From contig CM052816.1 of the NCBI GenBank assembly GCA_028534125.1, positions 52,578,001-52,642,000 of the forward strand: a stretch of 64,000 bases of DNA, given 5' to 3'. Source of the stretch: Lama glama. Taxonomy: Eukaryota. Of this stretch, positions 52,831 to 63,779 are shown piece by piece. Every line of letters starts with the position of its first letter. Positions within the stretch are counted from its first letter, which is position 1. Both the position numbers and the translations under genes were made by a program. Below the pieces are notes generated by a model. The model was not told the origin of the DNA and made no database searches. It was given only the letters and a program-made list of their open reading frames with translations.

Positions 52831-55001
52831 AAAAGTATGAGCCCAGAATGTCTGGGTCAAATCCTGCTTCTATCACCTACTGGCTAGGAGGCCATGGGAA
52901 AGTTAGTTAACATCTTTGTGCCTTTATTTTCCTCTCTGAAAATTGGGGAACATTACAGCACCTACTTCATGGATTCACTATGAATATCAAATGAGTTATG
53001 TAGGATACTTTAAACAATTTCTGGTTGTGTAGAAATTACTCCATGAATGTCAACTATCAATGTTATATCTCAGAGGTAAAATGATAGTATCTCAGAGGTA
53101 AAAGAACCTTCATTTTATAAGTGAATGAGTTGAGGAGTAAAGGTAAGATGATTGGCTCAAGGTCACATAGCTAATTAGAAACAAAGTCAGGAAACCAGTT
53201 CTCTGATTTCTAATTGGTGTTTGTTATTTTCCTCCCTTGGGTTTTCATATCTGAACACAGAGCTGAATTATAGAACTTTAGAGTTGAAAGTGACATTCAA
53301 GGCTCTCTCGTTCATAACGCACAATCACTTGTCACAAACCTTTCATCTTTGCTAACAGCACCACTTCACAGGTTCTTAACCACTCAGACAAAAGATCCTA
53401 ATAGAACCTGCACCGTAGCTCCTAAGTTAAGAAACACATGAGGGATAGGAATGGATGCCAAGATCAGGTCCTCTGAGTTCAGATGACTATCATTAGATGT
53501 AGCCATTTTTAATGTCTATATTTTGAAAAATAAGGCTTCTTTTTCTGGCAAAACATTGTCTGGAATACTCATCACAAAGCTGTGATTCAGGTCATCCCAC
53601 ACATACGTGAATGTTTTGCAGACAGTATGCTTCCTGGTAGGAAACTGAAATTATGATTTTGATGAATGCTGAACAATACTCTTCAGCAGCCAGAAAAAGG
53701 CACAGGGGCCAACTACCCATACCACGCGTAATTCCTTGAGGTTTCAGCTTTCTGTGTGGTTCTCTGGAACAATATTCAGCCTGGTTGTGCAATCAACTGC
53801 ACTAGGGTTTTAAAATTGAATCTAGCAAATACCAACTCTCAAGAGGAATTGCAGCAATAAAAGTTTGCTACAAAATAGGCACAAGTAAACCTGTGTGTAA
53901 GGATTCTCTCATCAGAAGCAACAGCCTGCTCTGTCTCAATTCAGTGCTAACAGATTTCATTTCTCTTTAATGCAAATGAAACTGTCATAAGTAACAGCAG
54001 CAGTAAGGGAGGAGGCTGAACTGAGTAATTCTACTGTGTGTCCACGAAGAATGTACATCCACTTTCACCCTCACCTTCATCTTATAAACATAACTCAAGT
54101 AATCTACATTCTCTGTGTATGATTCTTACCAATGTTTGATTGTAGTGTATGGGCTCTGAGCTTTATGGCTTGAGATTTTAATCCTCTAAACAGGGAAGTC
54201 CAATTACTTGAGTCTGAAAGTTGAATTACCTTCTTTATACTGAAGACTGAACAGACAGCCTCCACTAATCCCACAGAGGATGCATCATTCCTGCTTTGTG
54301 GTTCCATACTATTTTATTTTTATCTCTAACTTTACTCATGGTAATCTGACTTCTTATACTTAATTCTTTGTCTCCTTCGTAAGCTACAAACTCCTGAGGA
54401 CAGAAATCATGTCTTATTTATCTCTGTATTCTCCCAGAGTCTTCCAGTGTTTTGGACATAGTAGCTACTCAATAAATATTTTGACATTTAATTTTAACGG
54501 TATGTATATTACACATTTCACAGTTTAAAGTACTGTGAATGGAATCTCATCTTCGATATACCTTTCCTTCCCACTTCTGAGAACTCTTGCCTTTGCAACA
54601 TGAAAATGGATTTAGCAGACTGAGACCAGGATTTGAGCAGATTGGATGGCTACATAAACAGTAAGGGAGTGCTTAGCAATTATTTGTTGAATTGTAATTT
54701 TATGAAAATATGCACAGGTTTCTTTTGAGTTCTCAGTTGTTTAAAGGGACCCAACCATCTCAGTGGGGTGGAAGAAAGGAAAGAATACAAAGTTAATAAC
54801 TGGGAGGGTATCCCAGAAAGACTACCATAACTCTAGAAAAAAACCTGGCACCCAAATCTTAATTCCAAGACCCAGTAAGCATGTTAGGATCACAGCATTC
54901 CTCTTTTTCCTCAGTTTTTCTGGGAAATTGTCAGTTTGATGGTCAAGAAACATTTAGTTCATGCCGATTTGGCCCACAGACACGACTGGTGATGTGAATT
55001 G

Positions 55002-55157
55002 CAGGGTGCAGTCTAAATTAAAAGTGCAGGGCCCGTTGTTCAAACATTATTAAGAATTTCAAGACAATGGCACCATAACGTGAAGGCAAGTGTGGGCTCT
55101 TTGAAGTACAGGGCCCTGTGTGACTATAGAGATCTCAAAGCCATGAAGCCAGTCCTG
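55002..55157. mobile_element. MER45-like hAT element
   Basis: AAAAGTGCAGGGCCCGTTGTTCAAACATTATTAAGAATTTCAAGAC...GGGCCCTGTGTGACT...CCATGAAGCCAGTCCTG. Confidence 0.7.
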
Positions 55158-55779
55158 TTCACTCTTCAAAGAAATTCCAGTACATCAAAAGACAAAAGGC
55201 CTATATTCAATACAAGTTACAGTTCAAGTATGTACAGAAGCTGCAGGAACCCGGAAATTCTTAACTTCAGAAACTCGTCCCAGGGAGGTGACAGTTAAGC
55301 TCATTTTTTGAAGGAACAGTGGCAGGGGGAAATAGCTATTCAAGACTGAAGGAAAGTAGAGCTAACTTGACAAACTTCAGGAATAGGGTTCCTTTTAAGG
55401 AGCGTCGAGCAAGTGAACACAAAGATGACACGATTGAGAGTGGAGAGAGGAAAAAGCCAAATATTTGAGGGAAAGGAGTCAATTATAAAGAACCTACTGT
55501 ATGCCAAATTCTTCACCTCCGCATCATAATTTTAAACACAACAATCTTATGAATAAACTGTCATGCCTGGTTTACAAATGGATTAGTTTAGGCCCAGGGT
55601 AGTAATGTTCAAAGGGCTTGGGACATATTAGGCATCCAGTAAGTATTTAAGGAATGAGTTTGTCTGACTTATGGCCCAGAAACCTTAACCCCTGGCCAAG
55701 CTGATTCTAAGGGTGCTGTTGTTCACCCTTTCGGGGGTCCTTGACATCTCTCTCCCAATCCCCAAAGTACCCTTCCCTC

Positions 55780-56390
55780 CCCCTCGCCCCGCCCCCGTGA
55801 TTCCACGTGCCGGAAATTAGGCGGCAAAAGTACTTCCGGGATAGGAAAGGCCGGCGCCGGCAAGATGGCGGCCCCCTTGGAGCTCAGTTGCTGGGGAGGC
55901 GGCTGGGGGCTCCCGTCGGTGCACAGCGAGTCCCTGGTGGTGATGGTGAGGGCGCGTCGCGGGCCCGGGCGCGGGAAAGAAGGGGAGGGGCCAGAGGCGC
56001 GAGGCCGGCCGGGCCGGGCCCTGGCGGCTAGCTGTGGTTCCCCGCCGCGCTCCCGGGCCCAGGCCGGCCGGGGCGCTGCTTGCTGCACGGCCCTGGGCTC
56101 CCTCCCGTCCAACGAGTTACAGCCTAGCCTGTGACCCCGCCGAAGCCTGGCGGGGGAATCTGTGGCTTCTCCGCTTGGCTCAGAGTTTTCTCAGCCTTGC
56201 AAAGCTGTCTGGGCGGTGGAATGAAAGCCCGAAGCAGGAGGCGCGCGCTCCCCTCTCTGCATCTCCCGAACCTTTTGGGGGAGCAAAGTCCCCGAAAGCC
56301 TCATAGCTGGCGCGCAATCCCCGGCTAGAGATCGGGGAGGGACGCAATCACTGAATCAGGCGTTTCTGCCTTCGGGGGACCGGGCTTTGA
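55780..56390 (+). promoter_or_regulatory. MTX3 CpG-island, TATA-less promoter (GC box, E-box, two ETS/GABP-type cores, YY1/TISU)
   Basis: CCCCGCCCC near 55790, CACGTG 55804-55809, CCGGAA 55810-55815, ACTTCCGG 55832-55839, CAAGATGGCGGC 55861-55872. Confidence 0.82.
55865..55945 (+). CDS. MTX3: MTX3 exon 1 ([27 protein letters not shown])
   Basis: ATG in CAAGATGG context; metaxin WGLPS motif; donor ATG|GTGAGG. Confidence 0.96.
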
Positions 56391-56460
56391 AGTAAAGCTG
56401 CTCGGAAAATTGCAATACGTACTCACAGTCTAAAATGTTTTATTGCAAATTCTCTTTCAG

Positions 56461-56530
56461 GCTTACGCCAAATTTTCTGGTGCACCCCTGAAAGTCAATG
56501 TCATAGATAACACCTGGAGAGGTTCAAGAG
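56461..56530 (+). CDS. MTX3: MTX3 exon 2 ([23 protein letters not shown])
   Basis: Acceptor TCTCTTTCAG|GC, donor GAG|GTACAG; 70 nt. Confidence 0.95.
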
Positions 56531-56899
56531 GTACAGTGTAAACTTTTAAACACTCCTTTCTGCCCTCTCTGTGCACCCCTACCCCCCACCCCCGTTTAAA
56601 GCTTTGAGGCATGTAGCCATGGAGTGCCTTGGGGTTTTAGTTCTTACCATATGACCTTGGCTGTGTGTTGCTTATGTTTTGATCATTCTGAGTAATACTT
56701 CAAAGGACAACCAAATCAGTGGAAATTATGAGAAATGAAAATGCTCTCCAGAACTGTTTTTTGTGAAATGGCAAAAACCTAAAATGACTTACTCATTTTT
56801 TCCTCCTCCAAATGTGATTGGTATAGTTTTTAGGGTACTGGAATATCATCAGAGGAAATCGAAATGCTTCCTTGTATGTAAACTGTTTTTTGATTATAG

Positions 56900-56976
56900 G
56901 AGATGTACCAGTTTTGACAAGTGAAGACAATATTGTTTCTCAGCCAGCAAAAATACTAAACTTTTTAAGAAAACAG
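56900..56976 (+). CDS. MTX3: MTX3 exon 3 ([26 protein letters not shown])
   Basis: Acceptor TTGATTATAG|GA, donor CAG|GTGGGT; 77 nt. Confidence 0.94.
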
Positions 56977-57390
56977 GTGGGTGGTTCTGTTTGAAGAGTT
57001 AGCTTCTTGATCTCTGCATGTTACTTTTTAAAAGAATTTTTTTAAATATTTTTTTTAAATTTAGAATTATTTTTTGGAGATACATGGGGTTTGATATAAA
57101 AATAGACTTCAGAGTCAGTGCTCTAAATCATGAGTTGTACTGTGATTTGAAAGCCATATAGTTATAGTCAGTTTATATTTTCCTGCACTTTGCTTGGCTT
57201 TTATTGAAGTTTAGATATAAGCAGATTCAATTTAGCCATCTTCACTATTACACTTATTGATAGGATTGTGAATTTAGTTACATAATTGCTACACATTTTG
57301 TGCTGGATCTGAGATCTGAGTTCCCATCTACTAGCAACTATTTATTTTTTAAAAGCATAAGCTAATAGTTGCAGTTAAATGTTTCATGAA

Positions 57391-57466
57391 ATAATGTATC
57401 CAAAATGTCTAAACATTCAAAGATTTATATAATGTATCCAAAATGTTTAAACATGTAAAGATTTAC
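57391..57466. repeat. 38-bp tandem duplication in MTX3 intron 3
   Basis: ATAATGTATCCAAAATGTCTAAACATTCAAAGATTTAT followed by ATAATGTATCCAAAATGTTTAAACATGTAAAGATTTAC. Confidence 0.9.
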
Positions 57467-57921
57467 GTAAATGCAAAAATTACTGGTTTTGCCAATACTT
57501 AAAAAAAATCTTATATCAACACAATTTAGAACTTTCCTAAATTTGAAGGCTTTCTCTTTTCATGGTGAAATGCAACTAATTAGAACTTTCTCCTTATTGT
57601 TAACAAAAATAATAATAGCTTCTATGTATTAAGTTTGTATTACATGCCATGCACTAAAATAAACCAGGTCATTGACAGTCATTGAAATAATAGTTAATTT
57701 AAAAAACCTCTAAAACTAACGTGTATTCTCCTTACTGTGTGCATGATGCGATGCCAAGAATTTTATTTGTATTAAGCAGCATTTGTCACTGAATTTGTGT
57801 TTCTTCCCCTTTTAATATGGTAGCCAGTTTTGAGGAAGAATAGGAATCCTAATTTATTTAGCTTCACCATTTTGGGATGCTGTTGACTTAGGAGATTTTT
57901 GGGTTTTCTATTTTTTAATAG

Positions 57922-58014
57922 AAATATAATGCTGATTATGAGCTCTCAGCAAAACAAGGGGCAGATACACTGGCTTACATTGCTCTCCTTGAAGAGAAGC
58001 TTCTTCCTGCAATG
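57922..58014 (+). CDS. MTX3: MTX3 exon 4 ([31 protein letters not shown])
   Basis: Acceptor TTTTTAATAG|AA, donor ATG|GTGAGC; 93 nt. Confidence 0.95.
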
Positions 58015-58422
58015 GTGAGCATTGGTGAATATTACAGTATTTTAGTGAGCTATTGAAAATATACTTAGTCTGTTTAGAAGAAAAATAATGAAAAAGGCTT
58101 AAGAGAAAATTTCATTTACATATTAATCCTGATTCTTTCATGTAATTGGATTCTTTTAGACATCCAACTAGTGAAACAACACAAATAATCTACTGTGTTC
58201 CTTATTCTGGGTGCTTGGAGTACTCAGAGCAGTCAGCAAAACTCACACGTTTAAAAAATCTTGATTTAAAAAAAATCATGATTTATCCTTGAGTCATTCT
58301 AACGGGAGAATTTGTATGAAGTCATTTTATTCAGAGATATTTATGAAAAACTTTCACATTGATTGAGTAATCTTGATTTTAAAGGAATATTTTTGTAGTG
58401 TTTTTCTTCCTCCTTTTTGCAG

Positions 58423-58605
58423 CTTCACACATTCTGGGTTGAGAGTGACAATTACTTTTCTGTGACAAAGCCATGGTTTGCATCACGAATTCCTTTTCCC
58501 TTGAGTTTGATCCTACCTGGAAGAATGTCTAAGGGAGCACTGAACAGGATTCTCCTGACCAGAGGAGAGCCCCCGCTCTACCACCTCCGAGAAGTAGAAG
58601 CTCAG
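58423..58605 (+). CDS. MTX3: MTX3 exon 5 ([12 protein letters not shown]...[10 protein letters not shown])
   Basis: Acceptor CTTTTTGCAG|CT, donor CAG|GTATGG; 183 nt; ORF 58417..58644. Confidence 0.96.
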
Positions 58606-58750
58606 GTATGGTTGAGATCACCTTCAGAGCAAGGGCCCTCCTGAGGAGGGACAAGAGAGAGAGTGGAGATGAACGTACCTATAGATGCCTGCCTGAAAAG
58701 GAGTTTTGAGCATCTTTCCAAGTTTTGAGATGTAATTTCATCCTTATTAG

Positions 58751-58827
58751 ATATACAGAGATGCCAAGGAGTGCCTAAATCTTCTGTCAAACAGATTGGG
58801 AACATCTCAGTTTTTCTTTGGAGATAC
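58751..58827 (+). CDS. MTX3: MTX3 exon 6 (IYRDAKECLNLLSNRLGTSQFFFGDT)
   Basis: Acceptor CCTTATTAG|AT, donor TAC|GTGAGT; 77 nt; GST C-terminal FFFGD motif. Confidence 0.95.
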
Positions 58828-59225
58828 GTGAGTGCATCCCCTTAAAAACCATTTGATGTTTTGTGTGCATATATTCAGTGAACAGTTATTTAAAGCAAGT
58901 TCCCTTGTCCTCCCTCCTTCCTCCCCCTCAATGAATTTTTCACTTAAAAAAAAGATTTAATGAACTTTTACTATAGGAAACTTTTTCTGTTGGTGGTAAT
59001 CTAACATTGATTTAATGTGCTGCGTATGTGAATTTAAAACATCTAAGGCTATCCCCACCCTGTCTCCAGTTTCTGTATAACACTTGTGAATAAAAATGAA
59101 CCTTAAATTTACAACTTAGTTTTCTTCTAAATAAAATACATGGTTAGAGTTAAAAAAAAAAAACTACTAATGAGTAAAACCCTAGTTGTATCATTTTTAT
59201 AAGCCAGAATGGGTAGTAAACCTTT

Positions 59226-59371
59226 AACTATATTCAGTACCTTGTAATAACCTTTAATGAAAAAGAATATGAAAACGAATATATTTATGTATATGCATGA
59301 CTGGGACATTATGCTGTAAACCAGAAATTGACACATTGTAACTGACTCTATTTCAATTTAAAAAAAAAAAA
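59226..59371 (+). mobile_element. Short young L1 3' tail in MTX3 intron 6 (sense)
   Basis: ACCTTGTAATAACCTTTAATGAAAAAGAATATGAAAACG...CCAGAAATTGACACATTGTAACTGAC...(A)n. Confidence 0.85.
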
Positions 59372-59486
59372 GACTATATTGTATACTTCAGAACTGACAA
59401 ATGTATTTGAGAAAAAAAAATTTTAAACATAATCCCAAATTAGTATATTCTTACATGCTTTAAAAAAATCCTTAATTTATTTTTAG

Positions 59487-59644
59487 GCCTTCAACCTTGG
59501 ATGCCTACGTGTTTGGTTTCCTGGCACCTCTTTATAAAGTACGCTTTCCTAAAGTTCAGTTACAAGAACACTTGAAACAGCTCTCCAACCTGTGTCGCTT
59601 TTGTGATGACATCCTAAACAGTTATTTTAGGCTTAGTCTTGGAG
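59487..59644 (+). CDS. MTX3: MTX3 exon 7 ([14 protein letters not shown]...YFRLSLG)
   Basis: Acceptor TATTTTTAG|GC, donor GAG|GTAGGC; 158 nt. Confidence 0.95.
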
Positions 59645-60922
59645 GTAGGCTGGTTTCTCTTCAGCTAATCTTTGTTTGCATAGAATATTTGCATATTCTC
59701 CTCAGGATGTATAAGCCAAATTCATTACTTGTTAAAGAAGTTTGTGTATTGTCTTTAAATGCTGGTTTACAGAACGTTAAAAAGTTCCAACTTTAGTTTT
59801 ATTCTCATGTGTTAGTTCTTATTTAAATAGAGAAATAAATATTTGCCTTGTCTGTTCTTAGGGATTTTATGCATTTCTTGTTTCTTGTTCTTTAACTATT
59901 GCCCCTTTGAAGTGGGTCATTTTCTTCTAAAAGTTAGCTACACATATTTATTGAGTCCCTGCTGAAAGATGGCATTTATCCTAATGCAAATGGGCAATTA
60001 CTTTAAATGTTGCTTCTAGCATTTTCCTGCGTGAACAGAAATCAGCAGCAGATTGCTTTTGGTGAGGTATACTCCCATGATTCCACTACTTGAAAACTGA
60101 TTGCATCAGACTGGAGGTATAGTAAATAGAGGGCACCTGTCACTTAGCATCTGACTCTTTGGGAGTGTGGGGCTTTGCGCTTAGTGATTGTGATACTGAA
60201 TTTGTATTGGGAGATCTGGCAAAAATTGTCCTTTTAAGAAATAGAAGTTATAAGGATTGTTGGCTTAGGGACAGTTTGTTGTTTATAGTGGGTGATGTGT
60301 TTTGTATATAATACACTTGGGAAGTGTATAACAAGGGAAGGGTTAGTCGTTTGGAAGTCATGAAACTGAGTAACTTTCAACCCCGTTACTTTGGAGCAGT
60401 GGTTAGCAAACCTGACTAGAGAACAAATAGAAAATCTTGGATCCTGTACCAGATATACTGAATTTGGATCTCTTAGGGATACATCCCAGGAATCTGTATT
60501 TTTTTTTTAAAGTTCTTCCAAATGCTTCGGATGCCTGGTGGATGGCTGTTTGGACCTTAGAAAGCTGTTCAAATAGTTGTAACTAAAGACCCGTTTGAAT
60601 GGGTGGGGAAAGGTACAACTCAGAATTGAGAAGGAAATGAGGACTGTTGGGCTCTTACTAATTACTTTGGCTGTCTGCATAACACTTGGCTGGCGGGGTC
60701 TCCCTAAGGACACATGTAGTCCTTTTGTTTAAGGTTTGATTTTAGAGCATTACTATCCCTCTTAACTTTGCCTTTGAACCTAGAATGGTTTGTCACTTTT
60801 TTAGGGGGTAGGGTGGGGGATGGGGCACTTAGCAGGGTGGATAGACTCAAAATTCTTTCAATCTAAACAGCTTGTAAGGCTTTCAAAATTTCCTCTTTCT
60901 GATTTCTGTCCTGGCTTCTTAG

Positions 60923-61011
60923 GCATCTCTCCTGCTGGACAAGAAACGGTAGATGCAAATCTGCAGAAACTCACACAGCTTGTAAATAAGGAGTCCAACT
61001 TGATTGAAAAG
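60923..61011 (+). CDS. MTX3: MTX3 exon 8 ([30 protein letters not shown])
   Basis: Acceptor GGCTTCTTAG|GC, donor AAG|GTCAAG; 89 nt. Confidence 0.93.
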
Positions 61012-61704
61012 GTCAAGTTTACTTCAATCATTATTTTGTATTAGTTGAGTATCTTCCTTTCTGCATTTAATGTTGTAATTTGGGTTATGCATTAACTTTA
61101 CCCTTTTAGTTTTTTTTTTAAGTTTTTTTTCCAGAAAACTATTTAATATATATTTACTAAAGTTGTACAAAGTAACTGTTTTGAAGCCAGTAATGGCTTG
61201 ATTGCTTCAGGGGAAAATCTGATGATAAATGGTATTGTGTTTACTTCTACCACACTTTTCAAGGTAGGAGATCCAAAAGCCTGGCTTTAAAAAAAAAAAA
61301 AAAAAAGAGAGAGAGACAAACAGAAAACACTTCTTGCTTGCTTGTCTGCCTCTCTGCCTCTGAGGGTTAAAATTTCTTGAGACTGTAAGTGCCTGTGCTT
61401 CTCCTTTCTTGCTAATAGCACTGTGAGGTTTTTTACTTTTTCTACATAAATGGTTTTATTTGTCTCCTTCCTTTCCTTCTCTGTTCTAAATGTTGTCTAC
61501 AGTTTTTTCCCCCAGTGTGGATATTTTGCCACCTTGGGAATATGCATTTGGTGTGAGAGATTTTGAGGAACTGGGTAAGAGAGAGAGCCAACGATGAAAT
61601 TTCAACGGTGATTCTAATTGGAAAAATACGAGAGTTACGCCTTTTTTCCCCAAGTGTCTAATAAACTTACTTTTTTTTCTTTATACGATGTGGCCTGATA
61701 ACAC

Positions 61705-61950
61705 TGATTAGCAGTTCTTGAGGACTGAGTAGCAGGCACTGTATTATGTGAGCTTTATGTGAGTTACTCTCATTTAATCCTCGCAACAGGTGAGGTGTTG
61801 TGCAGGTACTCTGTCATCCCCATTTTACAGATGAGAGCCTGAAGCTTCAAGAGTAGCTTACAGTATCTCCTGCCTGAGGTCATTCCGCTGGCAAGAGCTG
61901 GAGGGGGATCTTGGACCCTGGAAATTGGATTCCAGCATGGGTTTTGCAGT
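61705..61950 (-). mobile_element. MIR SINE in MTX3 intron 8
   Basis: CTCATTTAATCCTCGCAAC...CCCCATTTTACAGATGAG. Confidence 0.72.
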
Positions 61951-63214
61951 TAGCCATTTAACTCATGAATAAAATTACGTATTTACTACTAATAGCCTGG
62001 TTTATAACTGCCACTCTCTGGAATGACCATTCTGTTTCTTTGTATGGTATTTCACATATCTCTTATTAAAGTTTGGGTAGATTGAATGAAAGCCAAGCTT
62101 GTCTTAATTCTCAGCCTAACTCAGGAAATCACACGAGAGGAAATACGTTTAGAGTTACGTGTGGAGAATGGAAAGATTTCTCAGACTGTTTTAGACACTT
62201 CTCTGCTAGTTGAAGGCTATCCAGTGTAGTTTCTATTTCTATCTGTGGCAAATTCATTACAGACAAATGAAGGGAACCATGAAATCCCTACATATGCAGA
62301 AAGTGAAACCAAGAGTCCCCATTAGCACTTTGCACTCTTCCATCTTGCCATCAACAATTACCGGAAAGTTTCCTGACCTCTGTCTGGCACTGCCCCCTCC
62401 CATCCCACTTCCTTTCTGATCTTCAGTACACTTCACTGTTTGCTACAGCATATTAGAACAACAAATTCTATTGGCTACCACTGTTCACCATTTAGACAGA
62501 AAAACTAAACTTTAAAGAAATAAAGAGTTATGTTTGAGGAACTTAGTTTTTGCAAGGAAAAAAGCCATCTAACACAATTGATTCAAATAGTTCACTGGGA
62601 ATACTTTTTTCCTATTGGAAAATTAAGAGTTAATTTTTTATTCTTTTTCCTTTCCTATAAATCCCCTGTACCTCTGCTGAAATATTTCCTCTCTGCTTTA
62701 TGAAAGCATCTTGAGAAGATAAGGGAGAGTTTTGCTTTGCATATATTCAGAACTCTCAAAACGCCTGCCTATCAAGTGGCTGATAAGATTCTATGTCTTG
62801 TTTTTTTTTTTTTTTTTAAAAAGTACCTGTGAATATCTTGCTGGTTTGTGGTCATTGATGGCAGCTGCTTCAAGTCTTTTATGAGGCAGCTGAACCCCAG
62901 GACCTGAATCTTGCACTCTAGATGTGCGGTACGCTGGTTAAGGGTAGTTTTCTAAGGTCTGACTCAGTTCTAAATAACCCCTCTTCTAGCATGTCCAGGG
63001 ATGCTAGTGCTCTCCTTAGGGTAAGTCTGAAACTCTTGGGTACTTTCTCAATATGCTCCTTATTACTTTGTTTCTCGGGAGCAGACTTAGAACTGATCCG
63101 ATGTTTGCAGTGCCTAGGTCTAATAATTTGTCCTCCTTTCTGTCTTCTTCTAGCTTCCCTTGGAAGCCTAAAAGAGGTGATCTTTTGGAGTGGAGTGAGG
63201 TCATTTTTATTGAG

Positions 63215-63440
63215 GCAATGAGGTTAAGTTGAAAGAACAACAGTGTTAGAAGACCCAGGTTCAGATTTCAGCTCTGATAGTAGCTTTGCAACCTAATGCA
63301 AATTTGGTAACCTTTCTGAGCTTCACTTTTCTAATCTGTAAAATGGAGAATGATTGTGTCTTTTTTTCCTTTATAATTGTGTTGGGAAGATCAAGTGAGG
63401 TGTTGTACATGAACATACTATGTAAACCGTGGAGCTTAGT
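63215..63440 (+). mobile_element. MIR SINE in MTX3 intron 8
   Basis: AACCTTTCTGAGCTTCACTTTTCTAATCTGTAAAATGGAGA. Confidence 0.7.
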
Positions 63441-63779
63441 GTAACAGAAATTTTGCTTTTATATTTCTATTAGAAGATCTCTTAAACCAGGTTGTGCTAT
63501 GGCTGAGTTCAGTAGACTGTTCACTTTGTGGAATTACTATAATTTTGTGAAGGCATCAAGAATGAGCCATATTGCCTTTATACATATAGTGAGTCAGCTA
63601 GTATTTAGACACGACGTTTAGAATTTTTAAGAGATTATTTGCAAGAAAAAGGTCTCTCTAGCAGTCCTGGGAACGTAAGGTTCTGCACTCGTCAAGGCTG
63701 TAGTCTGGATGGGGAGGCCACAGTCCACGTAAGTGGTGCCACAGCCATTAGTCAGATGTACCTTTTGTATTTTCCACAG

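Noticed and set aside
55723..56328. Extra ORFs around MTX3 exon 1
   Set aside because: CpG-island artefacts; the real frame leaves at the 55946 donor.
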